Position numbers and translations under genes: made by a program. A stretch of DNA of 64,000 nucleotides. Origin: Blasia pusilla (lineage: Eukaryota). The stretch spans positions 45,942,001 through 46,006,000 of the forward strand of contig CM114271.1 in assembly GCA_050084515.1 (NCBI GenBank), given 5' to 3'. Below, piece after piece: positions 42,659 through 60,930 of the stretch (within the stretch, counting starts at the first letter, position 1; every line of letters starts with the position of its first letter). The notes beneath the pieces are model-generated. The model worked only from the letters and a program-made list of their open reading frames with translations. It was not told the DNA's origin and ran no database searches.

Positions 42659-43149
42659 TTGACATGGATTTTCAGCTTAGGAGTAGCCGAGCAACGTTGT
42701 TTGAGGATGCGACAGATCACAATAGTTGCGTTGGTGAGCCCCATGCTTACCGAGATGGTTGAGGCAGTGGCTAGGGGCGAGACCCGAGGAGATCGACACA
42801 CCAAGGGTGATTGGGAGGGACACCCTTGGACTTCTTGGGATGTTTTCACGTATGCTAGGAGATGGTAGCCACAACATTGAGCGTGGTTCCAGGTACTGCA
42901 AATGGAGATCCGATTTTGCAGTTGGCTGGAGGGGAACAATTGAGTTTTGTTGTTTGAGATGGGGTTGCACCATAGCAACCACCGACACCCGCATTGGAGA
43001 GTCCTACCATGGTCACGATGGAGACTTGGGAGCCAGATATGGGCCCTAAGTTGACAGGAGAAGAGCGGCGCCAGATAAAATAGTTCCTTAGGAGTTATAG
43101 GAGTTGTTTTGTATTTAGCATGCATGATTTGGATACGTTGAAGGATCAC

Positions 43150-44225
43150 GGATCTGCATTGAGTTATCGAGTGACACGCCAATCTTTCGAAGACCCTACA
43201 AGTACAATGATTTGGAGAGGGATAGGATTCAGAGTAGGAGCCAAGACTTGGTCAGAGCAGGACTAGTGGAGATGTCCTATGGGCAATATGCGTCTACCAC
43301 TCTCATGCCCGCCTAGAAGGATGTGCATGGCAATTGGACGGATAGGTGGATGTGTGGAGATTACCAACCTATCAATTGGTGGACAAAGTCCGATATGTAT
43401 GCCATGCCCACCCTTGAGGCAATTTGATGTGATTGGGCATGCAAAGGTATTCAGTTCATTGGATTTGCGAGCCGGATACCATCAGCTGCCTATAAGATTG
43501 GAGGATAGGCAGAAGACGACATTTTGGGGCATCGATCCTCACGGGAAGTATTGTCTGTACCAGTGGCGGTTCTTACCATTCGGGTCATGGATAGGATCTT
43601 GGCAGGTCTGGATTTTGCTAGATGTTATATTGATGTCATCGTAGTCTTTAGCGCCACGGTTGAGGAGCATGAGCAACATCTAGATGAGGTGTTTTGACGA
43701 TTGCACTTACATGGGGTGAAGCTACATCCAAGCAAGTTCAAGTTCTTCTACGACCAGATTGAGTACTTAGGTCATACGATACACCCATGGGGCCTTGGTG
43801 TGCAGCTGATGAAGGTAGAGGCTATTTCACTCATTCCACGCCCTACAGATTTGAGCCGAGTCCCTGCATTCATGGGATTGGAGAACTTCTATCCACAATA
43901 CGTCAAGGGTTTCACCTCGATTTTGAAGCCACTGATCTTGCTGACCAAGGTGGATCAGGAGTGGCATTGGGGGGATGAGCAAGAGAGTATAGCTCGTATG
44001 AGGGTGAGTGCTTGGATGCAGTGTGGGTTGTCGTACATTTCAGATGTTATCTATTCGGCAATCCCTTTACCATCATTATTGATCATTAGCCACTTAAGTG
44101 GTTGATGGAGTCCGACAAGCTCACAGGGAAGTTTGCAAGGTGGGCTCTTTTGTTGCAGGAGTATGACTTCCAGGTGGTGCATAGACCTGAGATGCTCAAC
44201 CAGGATGCAGATGGTTTGAGCCATA
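43150..44225 (+). pseudogene. Gypsy reverse transcriptase and RNase H (with deletions)
   Basis: RWMCGDYQPIN, FSSLDLRAGYHQL, YQWRFLPFG, CYID, IEYLGHTI, YEGECL and ARWALLLQEYDF..DADGLS. Confidence 0.95.
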
Positions 44226-44439
44226 ACTCATGCCCGAGTTAGCGAGATGCGAGTGGAGCTTGTTGGCATGGTGAGAGTGATGAGGAGTCGGTGCCACGAT
44301 GGCATGAGTTAGCCTTTTTGGGCTTGTTGGCTATGGAGAGCCAGATTGTTGAGACTTTGATGGCGAGGTCTGATGGAGAGTCCTTAGATCCAGAGGCCGG
44401 TGAGGAGACGATAGGTGATCGAGACATTCACGACGATGA

Positions 44440-45420
44440 AGTTCAATAGTTTGTTGTGAGATGTATGGTGTGTGATCGAATCCGAGCATCGTTCAATGCT
44501 CTCTAACTCCACAGTTGCATCCCCTTGTGATCATAGGTTTAGGTTATAGATAGAGTTTGGATTTTGCAGGACCTTTGCCTTTGACGGAGCGCCATAGTCG
44601 TTATGTGTAGGTGATGGTCGAGCACTTCTCAAAGTGGATAGAGTTGGTTGCATTGCCTGACAAAGCGAGTGAGGGAGTAGCGTATGCCTTCCTAGATCAA
44701 GTGCTGAGTCATCACGGTGCACCAGTTGAGGTGTTGATACACCAGGGTACAGAGCTTCATGGGGAGTTTCACGCCTTGTGTGATGAGGCACTGATCGACC
44801 ACCGCACCACTTCGCGAGATCATCTTGAGGCGGAAGGACTAGCAGAGAGGGTTGTGCAGACGGTGAAGATAGGATTATGCAAGTATGGCTTGTAGAGAGG
44901 TCATCTAGGATATTGGGACCTTCAGTTGGCGTGGTTGGCGATGGGATACAAATTCAGCAGGCAGACATCTTAGCGTCTTTCTCACCGTACTTGCTGCTTT
45001 ACGGCCGTGAGCTAGATTTACCTGCAACCCTTCGTGGAGATGTTGGTGAGATGTTGAACCTTGATGACCCTGATGTATGGATGAGAGCATGTTCATAAAG
45101 GGTTGAGTTGTTCCGGAGAGTGATGCCCATGACATTTGAGAACTTGGCGATTGCGCAACATCGAGACACATTGAGGTATGTGACTATTCAAGGTGTGATT
45201 ATCGACCTACTATCCGGAGGTTTCATCAAGGAGACTATGTCTACTTGGTGAGACAATACCCATGACATTGGATGTGACTACACGGTTCACCATCTTGAGA
45301 ATGCGTGAGGTTTTGCCATCACATGTTCTCTTATTGGACGGACGTGATGGTATGGTTTGGAAAGACTATGTGCGTAACTGTGGGCCGTGTCACCTTCCAA
45401 ACATTGACGGTAAAATTTAT
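44440..45420 (+). pseudogene. Gypsy DDE integrase
   Basis: CMVCDR, LDFAGPLP, VEHFSKWIE, HQGTE and EGLAERVVQTVK. Confidence 0.9.
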
Positions 45421-45453
45421 CCGAGCTTAGCAGTAGTTCTTGTAGGCTTGCGA

Positions 45454-45588
45454 TGTATGTTGTGTGGTTATGGCCGTGGTGCAGCCACTATGCTAGTCTG
45501 TGATGGATGTTCGAGAGGATGGCATATGGCATGTTTGACGCCACCTCTCACTAGGGTTCCTCAGGGAGGATGAATATGTCCCATATGT
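45454..45588 (+). pseudogene. PHD finger (C4HC3) at the integrase C-terminus
   Basis: CMLC..[32 protein letters not shown]. All eight ligands are present, and the conserved Trp position is a TGA. Confidence 0.9.
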
Positions 45589-45874
45589 ACAAAGAGTAGA
45601 TAGTTCTACATTCCGACTTATGTCTGTGATATGGATGAAAAGAAGGCGATTAATGATGGGGCCACATGAGCAACCGACCTTCTTGCTCTTAGCGTCCTAG
45701 AGATGTATGTCATGGTAGGTAGGAATAGATGGCTATCTGGAGTTAGAGGGACCTAACCATCAGCTAAGGGCGATTGGAGATATTTTGGTACTTCTTGTCT
45801 TATTTTTTGGATGCCATGAGTTAGCATGGGATAGGGCGTGTTTTGTGTGTGTGTTCGGTGACAACGATGTTTGT

Positions 45875-46475
45875 TGTTTTAGGATAGATCGGTGAGATCT
45901 AGTAGAGCGCCTTTGCGAGTTGTGGAGGATAGGCTTATGAGGTCGAAAATGACCTTCGTTTCGATTCATTTGGAGCCATATTGAAAAACTTACTATTTTA
46001 AGTAAGTACCATTTTGAGTATATGGTCGAATTTGAATTTTTGGTAAGTGGTCCTTGACCTCCTACATCAGGTCAAGAGCCAAGGAGGTGACTTGGGAGCA
46101 TAGGTTACCATAGACAGAGCTTGGGAGAGGGGAGGGGAATTCCTCAAGGAGAGATAGTTTGAGAGCTCATTCTCTCTTTGTTGAACCTCTTGGCATGAAG
46201 AGGCCAAGCTATGGTCTTGCTTGCCTTGTGTGTGTAACTGAAGACTCTCATTAGGAGAGTGGGTTTGGTTTGACATTGAGAGAGATATGTGAGAGTGCAC
46301 ACATTTGAGAGCCATGGTGTTGAGAGAGATTGGATCTCGATTTAATTGGAGATATTTTGGTACTTCTTGTCTCGTTGTTTGGATGCCATGAGTTGGCATG
46401 GGATCGTGCGTGTTTGTGTGTGTGTTCTGTAACACCGATGTATGTTGTGTAGCGATGTGTATGCGCACCACACTC
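45875..46475 (+). repeat. 3' LTR of the gypsy element
   Basis: Starts TGTTTTAGGATAG and is homologous to 40015-40399 and to the solo LTR at 54856-55501. Confidence 0.85.
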
Positions 46476-48078
46476 GTGACAGCCTATGCAGGAGCCCATC
46501 GTCGTCGGGCGTTGTCGCATGGAATACAAGGTTTCCATCCAATTGGAAGAGGTCACGAAGAAGTAGATTTCAATTTTGGATAAGGTAAAATCACAAATGG
46601 AGAGACAAAACAAGACGCTATGAGCGCTCATGGATATGGTATCTAAAGTCACTTCACTTGACATACATGGTGCATCCAAGCCAATTTTCAATAGTCTAGT
46701 TGTAGAGTCAACTCCATCCTCTGATGGAGATCCTAAATCAGGTAAGCTACTCTTATGGTTTTCTTTGTGCCATTGGGAATTCTTGGGTGGATGTTCTTTG
46801 AATGTAGTACATAACTCTTACATAGGAAACATGGTCTTCTACTCTAACTATGACTATGAAATAACACAAAATATCATGAACATCATTCAAACCACGTGTC
46901 TTCATACTTTCAAACTTTGTCATACATGTGCTATGCTACTAAATTTGGAATTATATGTAATGGATGCAAGAAAAGACAAGATTGACTCTCCTCCGATTTC
47001 TAATGCAGAAGAATGGTTAGGACTAAAGGCATGGGTTCAGCTCATAGTGATGATGATCAAGGCACTACATACTCCACACTTAAGGAGTTCAATCAAGGTT
47101 GCACGGATACGAACAAGTCCAGATATGACCACGGACATGGAAAACCGATCGTAAGCCCAATTTCTTTGGCGCTCTTGTCGACCGTGTGGGCTTAGATGAA
47201 GGGTGCGGGCTAAAGGCAAGCCACATACGCGACGTGGGCTAAGGGTGGGCTCCCTCACGTGCCTAGCGGGTTGGGAGAGGGCCTAGGGCGGGCCATGCAT
47301 GCTCAGTGGGGGCACCCGCGCGGGCTTGTGGGCTAAGGTGGGTTGAAGGCGGGCAGAGAGCGCGCCAAGTGCGGGCCTGGCGCGGTGGGGGGCGGGCCAT
47401 GCACAAGCTTGCAGGCCTAGTGGGCTGCGTACGGGCCAGACGGGCTAGAGACGGGCTTGGTGTGGGCCTCCTGTGGGTCGAGGGCGGGCTAGGGGGCAGG
47501 CCTATCACGGGATTGGCGTGCTACGTACGAGTGGAGGGCAGGTTGGGGGGCGGGCCAAGGGCGGGATGGGGGTTGGGCTTGTAGGCCTATCGCGGGCCTA
47601 GCAGTATGGGGGTTGGCCTGGCAGGCCGAGGGCGGGCCTGGTGCGGGATGGGGGGCAGGCCAAGCGCAAGCTTGTGGACCGAGGGCGGGCTAGGCGCACG
47701 CTTGCAGGTTAACAACCCACCCGTGAGTAGGGTTATTGTAGTAGAGAATATGTTAGTTAGAAATGAGATTAATTGAAAAAATGGGGATAGTATAGGTGGA
47801 GATAGGAAGGAGAAGGTTAAAATAGAATTGAATGGGGCGATTGTATTGGAAAATAGGTTAGTTGGAAATAAAAGTAGGTAAAGAAGTTAGGATAGATGAA
47901 AAAGGAATCGGATATGAACAAAAAAGTACATTTGCTAAATGCTAATTAATGGAAATGGTTTAGTAATAAATTGTAAGTGGAGGGGATAGACGATTTGGGG
48001 AGTTAGAAGGGTTCATTCTCTTCCTTCCATCCTCCCCTATATAAACTTGCTCATTTTTATATACCCTCACAATCTCAT

Positions 48079-53141
<5,063 letters not shown>

Positions 53142-53499
53142 TCTCTCTCTCTCTCTCTCTCTCGTCTTTTTCTCCATAGATAGTTGAACTTGATAAGTGA
53201 GAATATATTTTGCCATTGGATAACCTTGATAATTTAAGGTATCTCGCTTATTTAGGCTAGTATATTGATATTTCTTGTTCATATATAGTGAGTTTTCCAA
53301 GTTTGTTATTGGAGCATTCACGGATAATATTTGGTGTAATTTTCATATTACAATATTTGGTGTAATATACATATTACCGCTCGATAAATCCTACTATTGA
53401 TATTCTTATATTTTTGCGAATTATCCAAATATTGTTGGGTGGGGTTAGTGTCTGCTTGTAGTCATCACCAAGCCAGAGAACTCCAACGGATCGTGAAGG

Positions 53500-56290
53500 A
53501 ACATCGGGAAGAAGTACAAATGGAAGGTGGAACATCAAGCAAATGACAATGTAAGTTTTATTTCTATTGTATGAAAACCTATCATAGCACAGAGATGATG
53601 GAGCATTTTACACGAGAGAGACAAAAGACAAAGGATGGGAATCATAGTATCCATCATGCCAAATTATATGTGAAGGTCTTTCCTAGTGTGCAACGGGATT
53701 TCCGAAATAGGGAACTTGTGGGAAACGGAAAAAGAAGGGAAGCGAGACCCTCGAGTGAAGTGGAGGAGACAACGCCATTACAAATAGGTTCGCAACAGAC
53801 ATGACATAGTATTTATGTTATGTCAAATATTAGTGGGGTTGCGGACATACCACCGTGTGACAGTCTCGAGGAATGAAGAGGAGTTGTTGGGCCTATTCAA
53901 GGGACTAGTAGTTTTGGGAAGAAGCAAGCCAATCTGAGGGATTCTTTCAACACGCACGGAATAGAAGTTACAAATGACATGTGGGCAAAGTGTTTCTACG
54001 AATGTGGAATACCATTCAATATAGTAAGGCAAGATGCTTTCAAACATACTGTGTTGGAAATAAAAAAAGGGTTTCTCAGGTCCTAGTTACAATTCGTTGC
54101 TCACCATCCCACTTGAGAAACATATGGAGAAGGTGAAGGAAAAGGTAGATGACATATTGGATAATTTGTATTTGGGGGCCACGATCATCACGGATTCTTG
54201 GACCAATGTGAGGAGTGAGTCTTTAGTGAACATCATGGTCTCGTGTCCACAAGGTCAGATCATGAATGAAGCATACATAGCAACTTGAGTATTGTTTAAC
54301 GGACATACACACATTTCATCATACACCTACACCAGATCCATAGGTGATATTGAAGTCACTTTACAAAGGAAAAAGGGGAAAGGTGTAGTTATAAATATCC
54401 ACATTGAGATCTGAGACGAGTAGCTAGAAAAGCCCTACTCTGCCAATGAGTAGAAGCACAGTAAGGTGCAAATTATCATGTGCATCGGTCCAAAGAATGT
54501 GTTGCAACTTGTTACAGTCATTGCTAGCAATGAGCAAGCACTAGGAAAACTTATTGTAGCAAAGTTTCCTCATATTATTTGGGATGGATGCGTATCAAAT
54601 TCTTTTGATCTAGTGTGCAAAGAGCGGGGTAAATGGCCTTGGATGGACATGATTTTTGCACAAACTCGTGAGATGGTAGTATTTGTGAGGACTAGAACTT
54701 GGGTGATGGCCAAATTCATGGAAACCAATCCAATAAAGAGACAATTTTTGTTTCATATAAACACACGTTTTGCCAAAAACTTTATCATGTTGGGACGTGT
54801 CTAAGAGTTGAGGGAGGCATTCCATACTGTGGTTACCACAAATGCTTTTAGGATGTGTTTTAATGGGAGGGATGCGAGGTGTAGTGCGCATACATGTCGC
54901 AACACAATATACATCGTTGTCACCAAACATACACACAAACACGCACAATCCCATGCTAACTAATGACATCCAAACATCAAGACAATAAATACCAAAATAT
55001 CTCTAATAAATCACGTGGATATCTCCATCACAAGGTCTCACAACTCTCTCTCTCTCTCTTATGTCAAACCAAACCCACTCTACTAATGAGAATCTTGGGT
55101 TATGCACACAAGGCAAAGAGGACCATAACTCCGTCGCCTCATGCCAAGAGGTTCAACAAAGAAGAATGAGCTCTCAAGCTCTCTCTCTTTGAGGCATACC
55201 ACCTTTCCTCTCCCAAGCTCTCTCCACGGTAACCTATGCTCGTAGGTCATCTCCTCAACTCTTAACCTACTGTACGTAGTGGGGCAAGGGTCACTTTCTA
55301 TAGTGGAAAGTCAAATATACCAAAAACAAAAACTTACCCAAAATAGTAAATTACTCAATATGGCTCCAAATGAACCGAAACGAAGGGGAAATGTGCTCTC
55401 TGAGATTATCCAAGCCCTCAACCAATCATCCTCGACCTTCTAAGGCTCTCCTCCGGTATCTCCAAAGGCTCTCTACTATATCTCATCTATCTATCCTAAC
55501 AAATGTGATAGGGGCAAAGGGAGAAGGTATGAGAGATTGAGACTATTGTGGCCAATCACGATTTTTGGATAGAAGGTGAGGAGTTATTTGCTGCGGCTTT
55601 TCCAACTATTATTCTATTGAGAGAGTGTGATGGTCATAAAGAAATGATGAGGCATATTTATCGCCGTATATTTGAGATAATATAAGAGACTAGTGCTTTT
55701 CCTGTAATTCCATGGCCCGGTATGGGTGGAAGGCGTCATGGCTTTTTCTAACAATGTCCAAAGCTATAGAAATGGTTTGTGTTATTTCTCGACGGTGGGC
55801 AATTATCCACAATAAGTAATATGCAATAGGCTACATTCTCGCCCCTTATAATCTTATTGATAGTGTTCAAGATGTCACTTCAAATGCTGAAAGCATGAGA
55901 GATTTCAAACAATATCTGAAACTTTATGCAAAGGGGGTGTATGGCCTCAATGTCATCGAGGCTAATTCTTATGTTGATACTTGTTTCCGAGAGTTGGGCA
56001 ACATTGTGAACCATCAGGAACTATTTGTGGATGAGTTTGACAGGGAAGTTGTCTATTCACTTGGCCCCTCTAATTGGTGGAGCATGCATGGTGAAGGTGC
56101 ACCAACATTGGGATCTGTGGCTAAGTCCATATTACCACAAGTAGTTGCTTCTTCTTCAGTGGAGAGAATTGAAGTAGTTATGGTTTATCCACAACAAGGA
56201 TAGGAATAAATTGACAACAAGCATACCGGGGATTTGGTGTACATATACACAAAAACTCAAGGTTTTGAGACAAGGGTGTTTCTCGGAAAT
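53500..56290 (+). pseudogene. hAT transposase pseudogene (DUF659-type core and C-terminal dimerisation domain)
   Basis: CFYECGIPFN, TIITDSWTN, IGPKNVLQLVT, IIWDGCVSNSFDL, TRFAKNF and NWWSMHGEGAPTLGSVAKSILPQVVASSSVER. Confidence 0.92.
54856..55501 (-). mobile_element. Solo LTR of the DNMT-gypsy family inserted in the hAT transposase
   Basis: The reverse complement starts TGTTAGGATAG and ends AAAACA, colinear with 45875-46475. Flanks GATG/AATG. Transposase coding sequence continues on both sides. Confidence 0.88.
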
Positions 56291-56961
56291 CAAGACAAGC
56301 ACTCTTGTACGAGCAATACTTTTCTGAAAGGGATGGACAAGAACAAGCTAGATGGGTTGTAGAAGATGGTAGTGAGTCTAGCTAATTACATGCAAAAAAT
56401 AGTGATGGTAATTATGAAGATAACCTCGACTTGTAAGATGAGGACCTATAGGATTTGGATATACTATGTGGAATTTATGGCATCGAAGGAAGGCATGATA
56501 CTCATATCGGAAACACTGAAAACTTTGACTCCGAATAGGCTGGAAGAGATGAAGATGACAATGTAATGGAACATTGGATTTGAGAGCACGAGGAAGGGCA
56601 ACAATTGAAGACTTTAAGAGAAATGAATCCACCCAACACTTTTTCTAACACAACCTACGACCCTCAGATTGTCGCACCACAAGGAATTCAGAATTATTTC
56701 AGTGAGTCTAGTGAAGCTATGCGGGATTCTCCTCCATAATCGTTGAAGGTTGAAAGAGTGGACTTAGTTGATGAGCATAGTGATAATGATATTATTGTAC
56801 ATGTTGTTCCAAAATCTCAACCCATCAATCATGGCATGGATAGTTCATATATTTCCTTTGGTGATGAAGTAATTGCAATACGAAATTGTCGCCGATCCAC
56901 CCAACTTCAAGCTCTTCAGCCGCCAAATTACCGCTTACATCTTAATTCACCAGACCCAACC

Positions 56962-57408
56962 TGTTGGATTCTCAACATCCACTTCTCTAAGCACCATTAA
57001 TCTGATGGGCCACCTTGTATGACGAGAAGCCTAGATTGATGGTTCCGACTTAGACGTCAAAGGAGTCATAATAATCTGATGTAGGTGGTTTTAGGAGTAG
57101 CGCTACTAGGTTTATCTAACCCTATATTGCATCACCCGCACCCTGATGCGTCGCGGGGGTCCGACGGCGCAACCTCTGGCAAAAAAATTTCTATTAATAG
57201 AAAAAAAGAAAATTAGGTAAAAGCCCTAGTTTTCCTGAGTAGTCAAATAGTCGGGAGCCGCAGCGGTAGCGCATTCTCGTATATCGAGTTATCTCCATGT
57301 TCAAGTTCCATCGAAGCTCTTCTATGAGCGCACGGACGGACTAGGCCAATTTGTATCTCTAAGTTTTGCAAAGATTTCAGTGATTTCGTCACTTTCTATT
57401 TTCTCGCA
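56962..57408 (+). mobile_element. Copia-family solo LTR
   Basis: TGTTGG..TTCTCGCA with 5-bp TSD CAACC/TAACC. Confidence 0.92.
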
Positions 57409-57639
57409 TAACCATAGACTCAGACTAGAAGTGCAATTAGTGACTTTAGTGAAACGGATTAGTAAATAGTTATAGCAAACTTATTTTGTAAGGATTATTG
57501 TAAGAATATTATTTTGAAGAAATTCCTTTCTGTATCATTCTCACTAATAAAGCATTGATTTAACATCGACGGTCAAATTTGAAAGTGTGATTTTTTGGAA
57601 ATGAGATTTTATTTCATAGTAAGTTTTAAATATATATTC

Positions 57640-59705
57640 CATGGAACAAGATAAAAAATGGACAAGATGAAAAATTAAAAGACCGGGTTATCAATTTTTG
57701 AGCTTTTGGTCACAACTTCATTTTGCTTGAAACCTCACAATATAACTACATGCATATTTGAGATCATATGGACCAAATTTTATTTCTAGATGAGATCCTT
57801 AGACAAGATGGAAAATGAAAAGACCTTCTTTTCATTGAAGGTTTAGGCGCGGGTCAAAAAATGATCTAGCAACTTTGGGCTTTTGATCAAAACTCCATTT
57901 TTCTTGAAACTTTGCGAGATAGGTAAATGTGACTTGGGAATCATGGGTACCGAATTTCAACTCAAGATGAGATACTTGGAAAAGATGGAAAATGAAAAGA
58001 CCTTATTTTCATTGAAGGTTTAATGGAACAGGTTAAGAATTTGTAAGCTTTTGGCCACAACTTCACTTTCATTGAAAATTTTCAATACAAAAACATGCAC
58101 CTTGGGGATCATGTTAACCAAAGTTCACCTCTAGATGAGATACTAGGACAAGATGGAAAATGAAAAGATATTCTTATCATTGAAGGTTTAGGTGCTGGTC
58201 ACAAAATGACTTTGCAAATTTTAAGCTTTGGGTCACAACTCCATTTTGATGGAAACTTTGCAAGATAGCTACATGTATCTTGGGGATCATATAAACCAAA
58301 TTCAACTCAAGATGAGATACTTGGACAAGATGGAAAATCAGAAGATCTTCTTTTAATTGAAGGTTTAATGGCGCATGTTCAAAAAATGAGTTAAAAAATT
58401 TCGAGCTTTTGGTCATAATTATATTGTAATTGAAATTTTGCAAGACATCTTCATGCACCTTGGGGATTATGTTTACCAAAGTTGAGCTCTAGATAAGATA
58501 GTTAGAGAAGATGGAAATTGAGAAGTCCTTCTTTTCATGGAAGGTTTAATGGCCATGGTGTAAAAAATGAGTTAAGAATTTTTGAGCTTTTGGTCTAAAC
58601 TCCATTTTTCTTGAAAATTTTCAAGAGAGCTACATCCACCTTGGGGATCATGTGTACCAAACTTAAACTCTTAGTAAGATAGTTTGACAAGATAGAAAAT
58701 GAAAATATCTTATTTTCATTGAAGGTTTAATGGCGCGGGTTCAAGAAATGAGTTAAGAGTTTTTGAGTTTTTGAGCTTTTGAGCTTTTGGTCATAATTCC
58801 ATTTTAATTGAAACATTGTGAGATAGCTATATGCACCTTGGGGATCATGTGTACCAAAGTTTAGCTCTAGATGAGATACGTGGACAAGATGGAAAGTGAA
58901 AGGCCTTCTTTTCATTAAAAGTTTAGGCGCGAGTCAAAAAATGACTTAGGAATTTTTTAGCTTTCGGTCACAACTCCTTTTTGTTGAAACTTTGCAAGAT
59001 AGCTGCATGTACCTTAGGGATCATGTGTACCAAATTTCAACTCAAGCTGATGTGAGAAAACAGAATGTGACTAAATCATTGAAATATGTCATAAATTTTG
59101 ATACAAAGTGGCCTAGTCAGTCCGCGCTCACAAAAGAGTTTCGATGGAACTTGAATATGGAGATAACTTGACACACTAGAATGCGCTACGGCTCCGACTT
59201 TCGACTATTTTAGTTCTCGGGAAACTAGCGTTCTTTTCTTATATTTCTTCCTTTTTATTTATAGATTTTTTTTGCAAGAGAGCTACATGCATCTTGGGGA
59301 TTATGTGTACCAAAGTTCAGCTCTAGATGAAATACTTGGATAAGATGAAAAATGAAAAGATCCCATTTTCATTGAAGATTTAATGACACGTGTTAGAAAT
59401 CACAATGGTCACAAATCCATTTTGATGGAAACTTTTCCAGAGAGCAACATACACCATACGGATGAAGTGTACCAAAGTTCACGTCAAGATAAGATAGTTG
59501 GACAAGATGAAAAATGAAAAGAACCCATTTTCATTGAAGGTTTAAGGGCACATGTCAAAAAATGAGTTTACAATTTTTGAGCGTTTGGTCACAACTCCAT
59601 TTTCTTGAAACTTTGAAAGGGAGCTAAATCCAGGAGAACGATGTGTACCAAAATTCAACTCTAGATGAGATACTAGGAAAAGATGAAAAATAAAAAGACC
59701 TTATG
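57640..59705. repeat. Degenerate tandem repeat array, ~170-190-bp unit, ~10 copies
   Basis: GACAAGATGGAAAATGAAAAGA-like anchors recur at ~57661, 57802, 57980, 58147, 58324, 58506, 58686, 58883, 59340, 59501 and 59679. Confidence 0.92.
59051..59275 (-). mobile_element. Truncated Copia-family LTR inside the tandem array
   Basis: TGTGAGAAAACAGAA..GGCCTAGTCAGTCCGCGCTCACA is the reverse complement of the LTR 3' half. Confidence 0.85.
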
Positions 59706-60087
59706 TAAAATATCTATTCTCCACTCTTCTAAAAAATTCCATTCCTCAATTAAAATTTATATGAAACCCTACTCACTTAAATAATGGCACGTTTTCTAAA
59801 ATTTTTAACAATATCTACTATTTCTCCATAAAAAATAATTTTCCCGTCTTATCAAATATTAATTAAAGGAGTAAATTATAAAAATTTTATATTTTGTCTA
59901 ATTATCCCACCACTCTTATGGTACACCTTAGGATCACCCGTTATCATGTAAATTAATGAAACATCTAAATAATAAGTAATGAATACAAAAACTATAATCC
60001 GTCTTTGAAATTCATTTTCCCTACCATTTAATGTTAGTAAGGTACAAAATTCAACGATTGTGCTATTTTGTGGTAGTGTACCACGTA

Positions 60088-60930
60088 TCTATCTATATAA
60101 TAATTGGCCACCCATATGCATAATAGGACAAGATAGTGAGATAAAATGACAAAATAGACAACATGTATGAGTTTTGTTATTTGAGTTTTATTATATGGAT
60201 AGAAATAAATAAGATAGAGAAAACGGATAGAGATTTAAAAGGAATAGAAACAAATATTAATAATTAATAAATTTATTTATTAATATAATATGTGATTATA
60301 AATATTAAAATTTTGGAATAATTATGATAAATAACCATTTTTTAAATTTGCATGGAGAAGGAATATATTTGTTTTTAGTTTTATGGAAGGATAAAATTAC
60401 TTAGGGGATTAGAATATCATTTAAATTTTAATGGAGGATTTTAATTACTTAGAAGAGTGAAATTTTATTACTCTTTTAAGATTTTGGAATTTTTTAAATA
60501 ATTTAAAATAATAATAATATTATTAAAAAATAATCGTATTTATTCAAATAGGATATTTCGGGAAAGGAAAATGAATTTGAATGAAAAATGAAAAATATTT
60601 TAAATTAAAATTAACTAATAATTTAGTTAGTAAATGTTTTTTGGGAGGGAAGAGTATAATTATTTTTGTGGGGAAAAGTGGAATAGGAATACTAGTTATG
60701 TTCGAACTTTTATAGAGAAGTGAATTTATTTAGGGGAGATGCGTATTATTCAAAAGTGAAATTTTCTTACTCTTCTAAGATTTAAAAACATGGAAATTAC
60801 ATTTAAAATTTGAAATCAAATATAAATATAAAATTTAAGTATAATAAATTATTTTTATTGACACCCGTTTTTTAAGGCTCTTCTATTGAGGAAAATGTGT
60901 CACATGTGCATCGCACGAGCAACATACTAG
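60088..60930 (+). mobile_element. AT-rich non-autonomous Helitron
   Basis: 5' A|TCTATCTATATAAT. 3' hairpin TGTGCATCGCACG followed ~9 nt later by CTAG|T. The pairing of the two ends is inferred. Confidence 0.6.

Larger units (their letters stand above)
40015..46519 (+). mobile_element. Ty3/gypsy LTR retrotransposon carrying a DNMT3-like methyltransferase and a PHD finger (decayed)
   Basis: Direct terminal repeats at 40015-40399 and 45875-~46475. Domain order PR-DNMT-RT-RH-IN-PHD. The right boundary is uncertain (46475-46519). Possible TSD TCACA (40010-40014) / TCGCA (46515-46519). Confidence 0.9.

Noticed and set aside
46610-47093. ORF 46630-47154 (174 aa)
   Set aside because: It crosses the hAT left end and has no recognisable domain, so it is probably a chance ORF.
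57640-59705. CRISPR-like array
   Set aside because: The whole ~180-bp unit is repeated, there are no unique spacers or cas genes, and the context is eukaryotic.
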